Positions 1 to 11,408 of a stretch of 64,000 bases of DNA are shown here, one piece after another. The stretch is from the NCBI GenBank assembly GCA_030390025.1, contig CM059425.1, positions 178,190,001-178,254,000 of the forward strand, given 5' to 3'. Source of the DNA: Squalus acanthias. Taxonomy: Eukaryota. The translations under genes and the position numbers were made by a program. Position 1 is the stretch's first letter, and every line of letters begins with the position of its first letter. The notes beneath the pieces were generated by a model. The model saw only the letters and a program-made list of their open reading frames with translations. It ran no database searches and was not told the origin of the DNA.

Positions 1-1830
1 GATATTATGAGGGTCTGGAAAACCCCCCAGAATTCTGCAACTCCTTACAAAAGAGTGTACAGAAATTGAGTTTGTGAGTTGATACAGAAATACTCTGTGA
101 GACAATTTTAAAAATATATAGATTTATTAAAGAACTGACATTTAGTTAACAGCTGGTATGGCAATCGCAACTTTAACCATTCAAAATACAAATAGCTTAC
201 ATTTCTTATCAGAGATCCTTATTCTCAAATCTTAACTTCGTTACATTTCCACACTTCTACTTATTTCTTAATCCAGAATATCCACCAAAATCAAATACCA
301 TGATTACACGAGACTCAGAGTTGTAGGCCTACAGAGCATGCCTGTGAAGTTGAGAAACGTTTGCCCTTCCAGCGACTTCTGACTCTCTATCTGAAGAGCT
401 CTTATTTTTATACTCTTTTTTAGTGGTATATTCTTTGAAGTTTTCTACTGATGTAAGCTAATTGTCTCCAGTGATACTCTATTGAATTCTTTTCTATTCT
501 TACTGTCATTTCAGCTGCCAACTTTTAGAATTCTGTCTCTACCTTTAGGTGTTTCAAAAACTTATCATTTTTATGGTTATTATTGATTTATCTATTTGAT
601 GCTATTCTTAGGAAGTCTTTCTATTGAATTCTTAATATCACTTAACTGCTTGTAAGCCAGACGTCGTGACTCCGTGGTGTTCCAAATTCAATACAAACAC
701 AATGTAATTGCTTGGTGTCATCTATTGATATTATATCTTCAAAGCCTCTCTGTAGGTATCTTTTACAATTTGCAAATTAAAAACACTTCATCTAGGGTGT
801 TCTTTGCATTTCTTAGCTATTTCAATTGGTTGCATATTTAATCGTGTTTCCTGTCTTATTTGATGTTACTTTATGAAGGCATATGGTTGTTTAATGTTCT
901 AAGTTTCTGTTTCCCTGAGTGTTAGCTTATAACACTTTACTTGAGTCATTCCATTGTGTTTCTCCCAAACTCCAGACCTTCTGGAAGCACCAATGGTTTG
1001 CTTCAATAGGGCCATTGTTTTTGTGTTTACAGCCATCTCCCATTTCAAAGCTTGTGGTGTTTTACAACTTTTGTTAACACTTCACCTTGTCTCAGAAGCC
1101 TGTATTGTGTTTGCAGCCTTTGTCTCTGAGGCTTTCCAGACTTTTAAGCTCAGTATGTCTTGTATTAATAATCTCAAAATCTGTTCATAGGATGATGTAT
1201 TTCTTGGAATATGGCTTATTCCATTACAATAGAACCCATCCGTTTTTCATTCCTTTGCCTCTGGCCTGGATCTCCAAATAATCTCCACGTGCGCCAGTTG
1301 GTAGGCCAATACAATTTGTTCTCACTGGATGTACCAGTCACCAGTCCTCACCCGACCTGCTCTCTAGTTCATAGTATAAAAGTTTGTGCTGTGCTTTGTT
1401 TCTTGTTATACAAAACAATTTTGGCAGCTATTTTCAAAGTGTTTAGTGATGGCTTTTCTGGGTTTTAAGATTTCTTGAGTTCTCAAACTCTTTCCATTGT
1501 TGAACATTAGGTTTGGATTATTAACAGTAAAACTTGTGGCAGCATTTATTTGAAACACCAGTGGGTTGGACCAGGTTTCTGATCTGGTCCCCTTGGAGGA
1601 CAAGACACACCCAACAGTTTGGAATGTGTAATTTGATCCTGCCCGCTGTAGAGTAGCTACAATGTGCAATTTGATCCAGTCTTGTCAGGCAGCCTACAGA
1701 AAGTGGAAGTGTAGTTAGCTTTGTGAAGATCCTCTGTTATCTAGTGTTCTGCAATTGTAATTATAGTTGTCCTTGGCTGGTAAAATAAAAGACATTCTCT
1801 AATTAGTGGTTTAGTTACTTCTTTGAAGTT
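1..1830 (-). mobile_element. Possible degraded LTR/ERV 3' end (LTR-like segment plus env-like remnant)
   Basis: Minus strand has TATAAAAATAAGAG near 400-412 followed by AATAAA near 123-128; broken frames include LHIPNCWVC (about 1604-1630) and LYWPTNW (about 1295-1315). No termini or TSD found. Confidence 0.3.
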
Positions 1831-2289
1831 TTATGCTTTTTTTTCCTTCTGGAAGTGCTAAAAAAATGTTAATTCAGAATGAAGGCTCCATGCGTGTGGG
1901 GTCCGTGTGTGTGGTGCATCTGTGGGTACTTGTGTGGGGTGCATGTGTGTGGGGTCCGTGTGTGAGGTGTGTGTGTATCCAACCTTCTGACACACCAGCG
2001 AGTTCATACTGGGGAGAGAGCGTTCACCTGCTCAGTGTGTGAGAAGGGATTCACTAATTCATCTGGTGGAGAAGGTCAGGAGTGCGGGGTGGTGGGGGGT
2101 TGGGGTTGTTAGAGCATGGAGAGAACAATGGAGATGGGGGAAGAACGTAATCCACATCTAACAGAGGGGGGGGGCGAACGTGATCCGTTTTCCCATCTGG
2201 ATCATGTTCTCGCTCTCATCCTCCCCCTTTAGACCTGGATCATGTTCTTCTCCCATCTCCACTGTTCTCTCCATGCTCTAACAACCACC

Positions 2290-3440
2290 CCCCCGAGCTC
2301 CTGACCTTCTCCCCCCCCCCCGAGTTCCTGCCCTCCCCCCTGCCGAGCTCCTGACCTTCTCCCCCCCCCCCGAGTTCCTGCCCTCCCCCCTGCCGAGCTC
2401 CTGACCTTCTCCCCCCCCCGAGTTCCTGCCCTCCCCCCTACCGAGCTCCTGACCTTCTCCCCCCCCGAGTTCCTGCCCTCCCCCCTGCTGAGTTCCTGAC
2501 CTTCTCCCCCCCCCCGAGTGCCTGCCCTCCCCCCTGCCGAGCTCCTGACCTTCTCCCCCCCCCGAGTTCCTGCCCTCCCCCCTGCCGAGCTCCTGACCTT
2601 CTCCCCCCACCCCGAGTTCCTGACCTCCCCCCTGCTGAGTTCCTGACCTTCCCCCCCCACCCGAGTTCCTGCCCTCCCCCCTGCCGAGCTCCTGACCTTC
2701 TCCCCCCCCGAGTTCCTGCCCTCCCCCCTGCCGAGCTCCTGACCTTCTTCCCCCCCCCCCGAGTTCCTGCCCTCCCCCCTGCTGAGTTCCTGACCTTCTC
2801 CCCCCCCCGAGTGCCTGCCCTCCCCCCTGCCGAGCTCCTGACCTTCTCCCCCCCCCCCCCGAGTTCCTGCCCTCCCCCCTGCCGAGCTCCTGACCTTCTC
2901 CCCCCACCCCGAGTTCCTGACCTCCCCCCTGCTGAGTTCCTGACCTTCCCCCCCCACCCGAGTTCCTGCCCTCCCCCCTGCCGAGCTCCTGACCTTCTCC
3001 CCCGCCACGAGTTCCTGACCTACACCCCCCCCCCCCGAGTTCCTGACCTTTCCCCTCCCAAGTTCCTGACCTCCTCCTCCCCCCCACCCGAGTTCCTGAC
3101 CTCCTGCCCCTCGAGATCCTGACCTACACCCCCCCCACCCGAGTTCCTGACCTCCTCCTCCCCCCACCCGAGTTCTTGACCTCCTGCCCCTCAAGTTCCT
3201 GACCTACACCCCCCCCACCCGAGTTCCTGACCTCCTCCTCCCCCCCACCCGAGTTCCTGACCTCCTCCCCCTCGAGTTCCTGACCTTCTCCTTCCCCCCC
3301 AGTTCCTGACCTTCTCCACTCTCCGAGTTCCTAACCTTCTTCCCCCCACTACCACCCCCCGGCCCGAGTTCCTGACCTTCTTACCCCCCAGGTTCCTGAC
3401 CTTCTCTCCCCATTCCTGACCTTCTCACCCCCTTCCGAGT
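2290..3440. repeat. C-rich minisatellite with two alternating ~22-27 bp monomers
   Basis: Alternating cccgagttcctgccctcccccc and tgccgagctcctgaccttctcccc with variable C-run length, diverging rightwards. Confidence 0.95.
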
Positions 3441-3445
3441 TCCTT

Positions 3446-3945
3446 TCCTCATCCCCCTCTGAACTCCTCTCCTCATCCCCCTCCGAGCTCCTCTCCTCAT
3501 CCCCCTCCGAGCTCCTCTCCTCATCCCCTCCGAGCTCCTCTCCTCATCCCCCTCCTTGCTCCTCTCCTCATCCCCCTCCGAGCTCCTCTCCTCATCCCCC
3601 TCCGAGCTCCTCTCCTCATCCCCCTCCGAGCTCCTCTCCTCATACCCTCCGAGCTCCTCTCCTCATCCCCCTCCGAGCTCCTCTCCTCATCCCCCTCCGA
3701 GCTCCTCTCCTCATCCCCCTCTGAGCTCCTCTCCTCATCCCCCTCCGAGCTCCTCTCCTCATCCCCCTCCGAGCTCCTCTCCTCATCCCCCTCCGAGCTC
3801 CTCTCCTCATCCCCCTCCGAGCTCCTCTCCTCATCCCCCTCCGAGCTCCTCTCCTCATCCCCCTCCGAGCTCCTCTCCTCATCCCCCTCCGAGCTCCTCT
3901 CCTCATCCCCCTCCGAGCTCCTCTCCTCATCCCCACTCTGAGCCC
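3446..3945. repeat. 24-bp tandem repeat (cctcatccccctccgagctcctct), about 20 copies
   Basis: Near-perfect 24-bp periodicity visible directly. Confidence 0.97.
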
Positions 3946-4366
3946 CTCTCCTCTTCCCCCTCCAATCCCCTGACCTTCTCCACAGGGAGGCCACAGCCCT
4001 GCGACTAGGTGCATGCACACATGCGCAGCTGCAACGTTGGAAGGACGCAGAAGACCCCATGCAAATAATCACTCAAAAGACCACGCCAATCTTAATGTCA
4101 AAAAATGCTGTGTTCCAAAAATCCTTCACCCTTCTGGAGAACCTCTAACATAATTCTGGCTGGAAGGGCTTGAAAGTAGTGTGTTACCTGGATACGCCAA
4201 GTCCTGGCCTCATGTTAGACATTCCACGGGGGTTTGTAAGGTGCAAAGCCTCCACCCATCCCTTAGAAGGGATTATATTAAATAAAATTACAATAATAGT
4301 CCAAACACGCTATAAACAGAACCAACCCTGAATTTTTCACTGGCCACTACCAAACTTCAACTCTAA

Positions 4367-4975
4367 GGGGTAGAAAATTGTCGCAACAAGTGCCAATTTT
4401 AGGCAGCAATATCCTGTGCCCAATCAGCGCAGGGGTACAGGCACTGGCATATTGGCATAGGTGGTACCCACCTGAAACAGGGGTTAAGCTCCTAATATAT
4501 GTAAATGAGGGGCCTGTTTCAGTACCAATTGGTTAGCAATGAGCAGAGCAGGCTGCGGGCCTGCTCCGCTCAGAATTCTTCATGGGTCGCTGCGGCCACC
4601 ACCAAAGACGCAAGTTTTTATTAAAAAAATTCCTGTGGAGCCAAGAGGAGCTGGTGTGTTCCTCCTAAATCCATAGCACTCCTGAGAGCTGCTGCCGGCC
4701 TGCGATTGACCCCCCCCCCCTCTCATTGTGCTTCCACCCTCTCCCCAAGACTTACCTTAGGGCCACTGCCAACAAGGCAGGCGGCCGAAATTGCAACTGT
4801 TACAATAGGCGCGTTGCCTCTGGAAGCACAACAAGTGCCAGCAGTTCACCCAAATTTTTACAATAAGACCCGAGACTCTATTTTGGGCGTGCCTTGGACC
4901 TCGCAGTTGGGGCAAGCGCTACATGCGAGCCGTGGGTTATGTTCCCGAAAACAAGCCATAACTAATTTTTACCCC
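4367..4975. mobile_element. PIF/Harbinger-type MITE
   Basis: Termini GGGGTAGAAAATT / AATTTTTACCCC with TAA on both sides (4364-66, 4976-78). Confidence 0.8.
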
Positions 4976-5742
4976 TAAGCCTCCATTCTCAGCATCAGTC
5001 CATTAACAGCTCTGCCAACCCATGGCTCTGAACTTTGTCGTATCCAGTTGCCAGTCAATAGGAAATTGATCCTGCTGCTTACCTGCTTCAATATGGGGCT
5101 TATGCTGCATTCCATTTACCACTACTCTGTTTCACGGACCCTGACTGCTTTCCTTACCTGGATCCTCTGCTCCCTTCCCTGTGCTCCTTTCCCTATCTAG
5201 CTGCTCCACCTCTGGCTCATGGCCATGTGTGAACAACACCATAGGTGAAGGACATGAAAGGTAGGATCAAGAAGTTATATAGTGTCCATTTAAACCTCTT
5301 GTTAATGTTCTTTGTTTCCTTTGAAATTTCACATGGAACACTTCCACTGGTAAGTTTCCCGTGATGTGTTATCACAGCATTAGTACCTATACAGGGGTCA
5401 ATACCAAATGTTGCTTTATATCCTGTTCCCATAGATAAAAGTCACAGTAAGAATCCTTGAATACCAAAGCAGTTCTCCTCACATCAAACACCCTCTTACA
5501 CACTTTAACTTCACCACAGCAGTTGGGAAAAGCATAGCACTGACCCTCTCTCCATGTCCTCCCAGACCGAGCCTACTTTCTGTTTGTTCATAACATACCC
5601 GTCACTCATTCGATGTTAATTGGATGTTCAGTCACACTATCTACAACAGCTTGTAGTGCATCATTAGAGAATCTTGCCTTTCTTTGTTGCTTTTTCTGCT
5701 CTGTTTGAAGTTTTGCTTTATCATAGGATTTAAGGGTACATT

Positions 5743-6835
5743 GGGCTAGAAATTCATTATAGCCCAGGAATGGGCAGAATAATTAGAAAAGTTGGAGAAT
5801 TAGCACCAGGCGCTAATGCTTTAGACTGCACGCAAAATTTGTGCTCACTGCACAAAGAAATGATTGGAGCGCTAATTCAAGTCTTTAAGCCCAAGCTCAT
5901 TGGCGTTAGACTTAAAGGGTGGGCCCTTATTAGGTGCAGTCTAATCGCAAGTCATGATTGTCACAGGCTTTTTCCAGTTCTTAAAGGGGAGGTTCATTGA
6001 TGCTGCAGGACCTCATTCTCAGTATTACTGGCTGTGCAGCTGCCTCAGCAAGCAGCAGCAGGTCAAGGAGAAGGAGCCAGAGGACTGAAGCAGCTGTATT
6101 CATGGCAGATCCACGCCCCAGGGAGAGAGCCCGCAGATTCTGCGATCAAGCATTGGAGGCGTTGGTGTTCGCTGTGGAGAGACGGAGGGCGGTGCTCTAC
6201 CCAGTAAGTGGCAGGAGGCGCTCGCTGCTAGTCTTCCGCACCATGTGGAGGAAGGTAGCTCAGCACGTCTCGGGCGTCTCTGTTGTCCCCAGGACCCACA
6301 CACGGTGCAGGAAGAAATTTAACGACCTCACTCAGGTGGTCAGGGTGAGCGAATGCTTCGACAAATGCTACATACCACCATCTGAACCACAGTCTGCACA
6401 CACTGCCCAAAGCACCACACCCCAGCACTCACCCACCAACAATTACTACCTACCAACACTCATACCCACATCTCACATCTTGCACACAATGCTCACAATG
6501 ACAGCTATTCAACTATGGCAGGCACATCACCCAAAAACATTGCTCCACACTCACTCACACACTTTCCTTTCTCTTGCAGTCCAAGGTGGCTCACAACAGG
6601 AGTGAGCAGCAGTGCACAAGTGGGGGACAAGCTGACTCCCAACCACTGTCTATGCTGGAGAATAAGAACATAAGAAATAGGAGCAGGAGTAGGCCATTTG
6701 GCTGGGATGGGGGGGGGGGGCAGGATTTGGCGTGCGGCGCTGGATTCGCCTTGCCCCGGCAATAATGCTCTAGCGCCCCATTAGCGCTCTCTGCTGGCGC
6801 TAATGGGAGGCACTAAGGTACTGAATTTTTCCTCC
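5743..6835 (+). mobile_element. Internally deleted Harbinger element retaining the Myb/SANT-like gene 5' part
   Basis: Ends GGGCTAGAAATT / AATTTTTCCTCC; MADPRPRERARRF...WRKVAQHVS...RTHTRCRKKFNDLTQVVR, GT-AG intron, then SKVAHNRSEQQCTSGG; paralogous to 41778-42462. A short CR1 tail scrap lies at about 6663-6700. Confidence 0.85.
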
Positions 6836-7254
6836 TAAGTATCTTTTGTGGATACCGTGAAGAGTCTCAGCAGCTCTTAATAAGTAATCACCCCATTATT
6901 AGAGGTAAATTTTGATTAGCTGATCCATGGCCACACACTATAATACATCCTATCTTGCAAAATATTATGCTAAGAATCACGTGATATGGATCTTGCAGTA
7001 AAGTCAAGTTACATTTTTTTAACTCCTATTATACATGAAAAGATCATTTTGACATCAGTCTTTTTTGATCTACAAATTTAAGTTTATTTAAAGGACTTTT
7101 TTTTTTAATTGTATTTGTCAAGGTGAAGGATGTTAGTGGTGAGGAATAGAACACTTTCCATTTTGGGTATCTGTGGCTATATTTTCCCCATTTAATACTT
7201 GCACTGATGTTTTTTGCTTATAGTAAGGACCAGAGAAATTATCACTAGTAACAA

Positions 7255-7585
7255 ATACTCACCAGGTCAGGTATAGCATGGTTAGATAGAGAGCATAGCT
7301 CCCTTTACTCTTTAACATATGCCTCAGCCCCAACCTTAAAATGTGTACCTACGTGGCATATTTCCATTTCCAACACTATCCATCTTAGGCATCTCTGAGA
7401 ATGCCTGTTCATATAGTGCTAAGTTGTCAGCAAGTTTGTACTATGAGGCCATGGCCAGTAGGAACTAGGTTAAGTTTGCTCAAACTAATTTCATGTAGGG
7501 CCGTTACCACCAGTAGTTTGAGAAGATTTTCATCTTCTGTGCTGGATTCAAATCCAGGTCCTGGAGGTGAAAAGCTGTTGTCTAA
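7255..7585 (-). mobile_element. Old tRNA-derived SINE
   Basis: Right end reverse-complements to a tRNA-like head (ttttcacctccaggacctggatttgaatcc, B-box-like); a similar head occurs at about 49490-49560. Confidence 0.45.
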
Positions 7586-7589
7586 ATAA

Positions 7590-8450
7590 ATTTATATTGT
7601 TCCTTTCATGTCCCAAATTGCTTCACAACTAATGAATATACTTGTGAAATTTAGTCACACGAGGTGAATGACCAGATACTTTTTTTTAGTGTAATTGGTT
7701 CAGGGAAGAGTGTTGGTCAGAACATCAGGAGGACTCCCTGCTCCCCTTCAAATAATGTATGGGGTCTTTTATGTCAACCTAAACCACAGATGGGTCCTCA
7801 GTTCAGTGCCCCTTCCAAAAGACAGCACCTCCAGCAATACAACAATCCCTCAGTATTGCATAAGAACATAAGAACATAAGAAATAGGAGCAGGAGTAGGC
7901 CATTCGACCCCTTGAGTCTGCTCTGCCATTCAATAAGATCATGGTTGATTTTCTACCTCAACTCCACTATCCTGCACTATTCCCATATCCCTTGATTTCC
8001 TTAATATTCAAAAATCTATCGATCTCTGTCTTGAATATACTCAATGACTGAGCCTCCACAGCCCTCTGGGGTAGAGAATTCCAAAGATTCACCACCCTCT
8101 AAGTGAAGAAATTTCTCCTCACCTCAGTCCTAAATGGCCAACCCCTTATTCTGAGACTGTGACCCCTGATTCTAGACTCCCCAACAAGGGGAAACATCCT
8201 CCCTGCATCTACGCTGTCAAGCCCTGTAAAAATGTTGTATGTTTCAATGAGATCACCTCTCATTCTTCTAAACTCCAGAGAATATAGGCCTAGTCTACTC
8301 AATCTGTCCTCATAGGACAACCCCCGCATCCCAGGAATCAATCCAGTACTGCACTGGAGCATGAGTCTACATTGCGCACTAAGGTCCTGAATAGGGCTTG
8401 AAGGCACAACCTTTTGACTCAGATGCAAGAATGCTACCAACTGAGGCAAG
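7590..8450 (-). mobile_element. Deu-domain-type SINE with tRNA-like head, interrupted by a CR1 fragment
   Basis: Minus-strand head cctcagttggtagc...ttcaagccc (A/B boxes) at 8390-8450; body and tail resemble the copy at 51410-51645. Confidence 0.65.
7861..8343 (-). mobile_element. CR1 LINE 3' fragment
   Basis: LIPGMRGLSYEDRLSRLGLYSLEFRRMRGDLIETY; (ttcttatg)n tail; apparent TSD cagtaYtgca at 7851-60 and 8344-53. Confidence 0.93.
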
Positions 8451-8527
8451 ATGATACTAATAATATTCTTTAGATAAGATTGTCATTGTATTTATATTTC
8501 AAATTACTTTTGTCCTTCTTATTGTAG

Positions 8528-8606
8528 CTATACAGAATACTATATGCTGGAATCTTTACTCCACACATTGGCTGAAGGATTTTCAACTGATTTTGAATTC
8601 GAAGAG
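8528..8606 (+). CDS. Penultimate coding exon of a host M1 aminopeptidase (aminopeptidase N / aminopeptidase Q-laeverin-like), ERAP1_C region
   Basis: Acceptor tttgtccttcttattgtAG, donor GAG|GTatga; 79 nt reads (x)YTEYYMLESLLHTLAEGFSTDFEFEE, resembling the ANPEP exon ending ...RRFSTEYELQQ; joins the next exon in phase 0. Confidence 0.75.
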
Positions 8607-8789
8607 GTATGAGAGTTTGATATAAGCTTTGCAAATATAGATGCTTTATGTTTACTATTAAAGACAATATTTTAAAATGGCTTAACTGGCTAAAAATATT
8701 ACAATAAACTCCAGAGCCGAAATCTGACAGTAAAACCTAAATCCAAGTGTGCAAGTACAAAAGGAAAAGACTGCAAATCTTCAGTTACA

Positions 8790-9390
8790 GCAACAACAAC
8801 ATGCCTTATATAGCACCTTTAACATAAAAAAGTCACAACTTAGTTCACAAAGGTGTAAAGAAAAAACTGGATGCTGAGCCAAAGAAGGACATATTAGGAA
8901 CAGTGACCAAAGCATGGCCAATGAGGTGGGTTTTAAGGAGGGTCTTAAAGATGGTGGAGAGGCGGAGGAAATTTCAGAGCAAGGGGGCTAGGCAGATCAG
9001 GCACAGCTACCAATGGTGGGGTGAAGGGAAGGGAGATGCACAAGAGGCTGGAGTCAGAGAAATGGAGAGTTTGCGGGTGGGGGGTGGGGGACGTGTAGTA
9101 CTGGAGGAGGTTACTGAAAGAGTGAGGGATGGGGCTATGAATGAATTTAAACACAAGGGTGAGAGATTTAAATTTGAGGCATTGGGAACCAGGAGCCAAT
9201 GTATGTTAGCAAGAACAGGGTTGATGGGCAACTGGGACAATGCAGGATAGGATACAAGTAATGCAGTTTTAGATAATCTGAAGTTTACAGAAGTTGGTGG
9301 ATGGGAGCTGGCTAGGAGAGTATTAGAATAGTCATGTCTGGAGGTGACAAAGACATGGATGAGGGTTTCAGCAGCAGCTAGGCTGATGTG
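8790..9390 (-). mobile_element. L2-like LINE 3' fragment
   Basis: INPVLANIHWLLV / FKSLTLVFKFIH...SNLLQ across a frameshift; ggtgctatata...(gtt)n tail. Confidence 0.8.
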
Positions 9391-9600
9391 TGGGAAATAA
9401 CTTTGTCTCTTCCTGGCACTTTTCCCCAGCTAGATGGTTAAGAGCTCAGCAGAGTAGAAAAAAGCATCTTTTATACTGATTACTGTGAGTTTTTTCAAAC
9501 ACTCCTAAACAAAGCAGCAATCGCGAATATGCTATTAAGCCCACAGTAAACACATTTTCATGACTCAGCTTATTCCGACATTTCTATGTTTCTTTTATAG

Positions 9601-9765
9601 TTTGAATTATTCCTGAACAGTACCATTGATGAAGGACAATGGTCAACAATAGTTGAACAGCTCATCAAAGAATCACGAGAGATTTTGAATTGGAAGAAGA
9701 AAAACCATAATCAAGTTCACAATTGGTTGAGTAAAAATGTACCTGCAGATGAAAACAATTTTTAA
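9601..9765 (+). CDS. Last coding exon of the same M1 aminopeptidase
   Basis: Acceptor tttctatgtttcttttatAG; reads FELFLNSTIDEGQWSTIVEQLIKESREILNWKKKNHNQVHNWLSKNVPADENNF*, with the terminal W-x8-10-WL helix pattern of ANPEP/LVRN/ENPEP. Confidence 0.78.
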   Translation, partial: FELFLNSTIDEGQWSTIVEQLIKESREILNWKKKNHNQVHNWLSKNVPADENNF

Positions 9766-9774
9766 CAAAATTCA

Positions 9775-11135
9775 GGAACACAAAAAGATCCATAGGCTCA
9801 AACAAGCCCATCCTTTTTTCACAAATCAATCCCACCTATCTACTTTTGCTATATATCCTTCAATCCCTTCTTTTTCCATAGGTCTCTTTAACTAATTTAC
9901 ACTGACTGCTTCAATCGCCTAACTTATTGCATAATTCTATTGTTATTTGAGTGTAAAAGATATGCTTGACTTTCCTTCCACTGATCATTTCTTAATTTTA
10001 GCATGTTCCCTGGCATCTAACCCTTCACCCTAATGAACAATAAACTGGGCTCAACGTTATTCATTCCTTTCATAATCTAGAAAATTTCAATCAGATTACC
10101 TCAGAGTTTCATCTTCTCTAAAGAAAGCAAGTCCAATTCCCTTAACTTTATGTCTGATACACATCTTTGTTGCTCACCTGTTAACCTCACAAGGGCACGA
10201 CTATTCTACCTGTGATTAAGCGAGCAGAGCTGCACACAATACTTCAGATGGGGTTTAACCAACGCCTTAAATAGCAACAATATGACCTCTTTCAATTGTA
10301 TGCCATCACTCTGCTGATGCAGTTCAGTACCTTATTTGCCTTTTTTGCTGCACTGTACTTAGATTTATCCCTTAGAACCCCAAGATCTCTTTCCTGATCA
10401 TAACTTTCCAATTAACACAGACTCATTCTTTTGATTATTTGTTCTTGTATTAAGCATATCACATTTAGCCATTTGTCATGTATAGGCCATTACCCAAAAG
10501 ATCTAAATCCTTCTGGCACTGATTTCAGATTTCCTGATTATTTGCATGGCCTCCTATTTCGATGCCATCTCAAATGTTAGAAATTTAGTTTGCTATACTC
10601 TCATTTAAGTCATTAAAAACAGCAAAGGTCCTAAGACTCATATCTGGGGTACCCCACCTGTTGCCTCACCACTTGAAAAGCTCCTATTTATGGGCACCCT
10701 GAAGTAAATATTCATCTTTAGCTTTCCCAGCACCGTGCTTAACACACCGGAGCACATATCAGGAATTCCGGTGTGCACCCACCACAATTTTTCATCCCTT
10801 AATTTGAGCCTGAATTCCTTATATGCATTCGGGGCACGAAAAGCTCAGTACCAGGATCGTTAAAGACAAAAATCTACCCTTCTCAGTTTTCTGTTTTTAA
10901 GCCAATTTTCTCTCTAGCAGCATATATTCCCTGATTTATTACCTTAACCTTTAATCACTGATATGGAACCTTGTCGAAAGCTTTCTGAAAATCCAAGTGT
11001 ACACTATCAAAAACATTTCCTCTGTTCACTATGCCATTAATTTCTTCTAAAGATTTCAGCAGGTTAGCTAAAGAAGACCTTTCTTTCCTGAATCCATGCT
11101 GACTGTCCTTTAATAAATTGTGCTTTTTCAAGTGT
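9775..11135 (-). mobile_element. Old degraded CR1 RT/3' fragment containing a small MITE (about 10700-10880)
   Basis: Recognisable QHGFRK, LDFQKAFDKV, GVP and VKPHLKYCVQ motifs on the minus strand, with many stops. Confidence 0.75.
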
Positions 11136-11311
11136 TCACCAACTGAAGGTTATATTTTCCTCTTCTTTAATTTTAATGGAAGAGTAGAAACAATGTTGTC
11201 CGCTTTGTACTCGCGTCTATTTTGTTGCCATGTTTAGTGGAGTAAACTACAGTCTAGAAATTACTAAGCAGGATATTAGTGTATGAGTGCTTAATAAATT
11301 CATGCAACATT

Positions 11312-11408
11312 GGCCAAGAAATTCTGCAGGGCTGCTCCCAGGGGTTCCAACACATATCCGGTGAACTTACATCATGGGAGTGGGAGCAGCTCCAAGGAAA
11401 TCCCGGCC
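11312..11408. mobile_element. 97-bp Harbinger-type MITE
   Basis: GGCCAAGAAATT / AAATCCCGGCC ends, ATT on both sides. Confidence 0.55.

Noticed and set aside
2229..4072. Long Gly/Arg/Pro/Glu-rich ORFs
   Set aside because: Stop-free by-products of tandem repeats, open in several frames on both strands.
5997..6605. Host MSANTD/NAIF1-like gene of 202 aa
   Set aside because: The ORF reads through an intron, sits in a deleted transposon and has several decayed paralogues in the window.
8380..8450. tRNA gene
   Set aside because: A degenerate SINE head without a complete cloverleaf.
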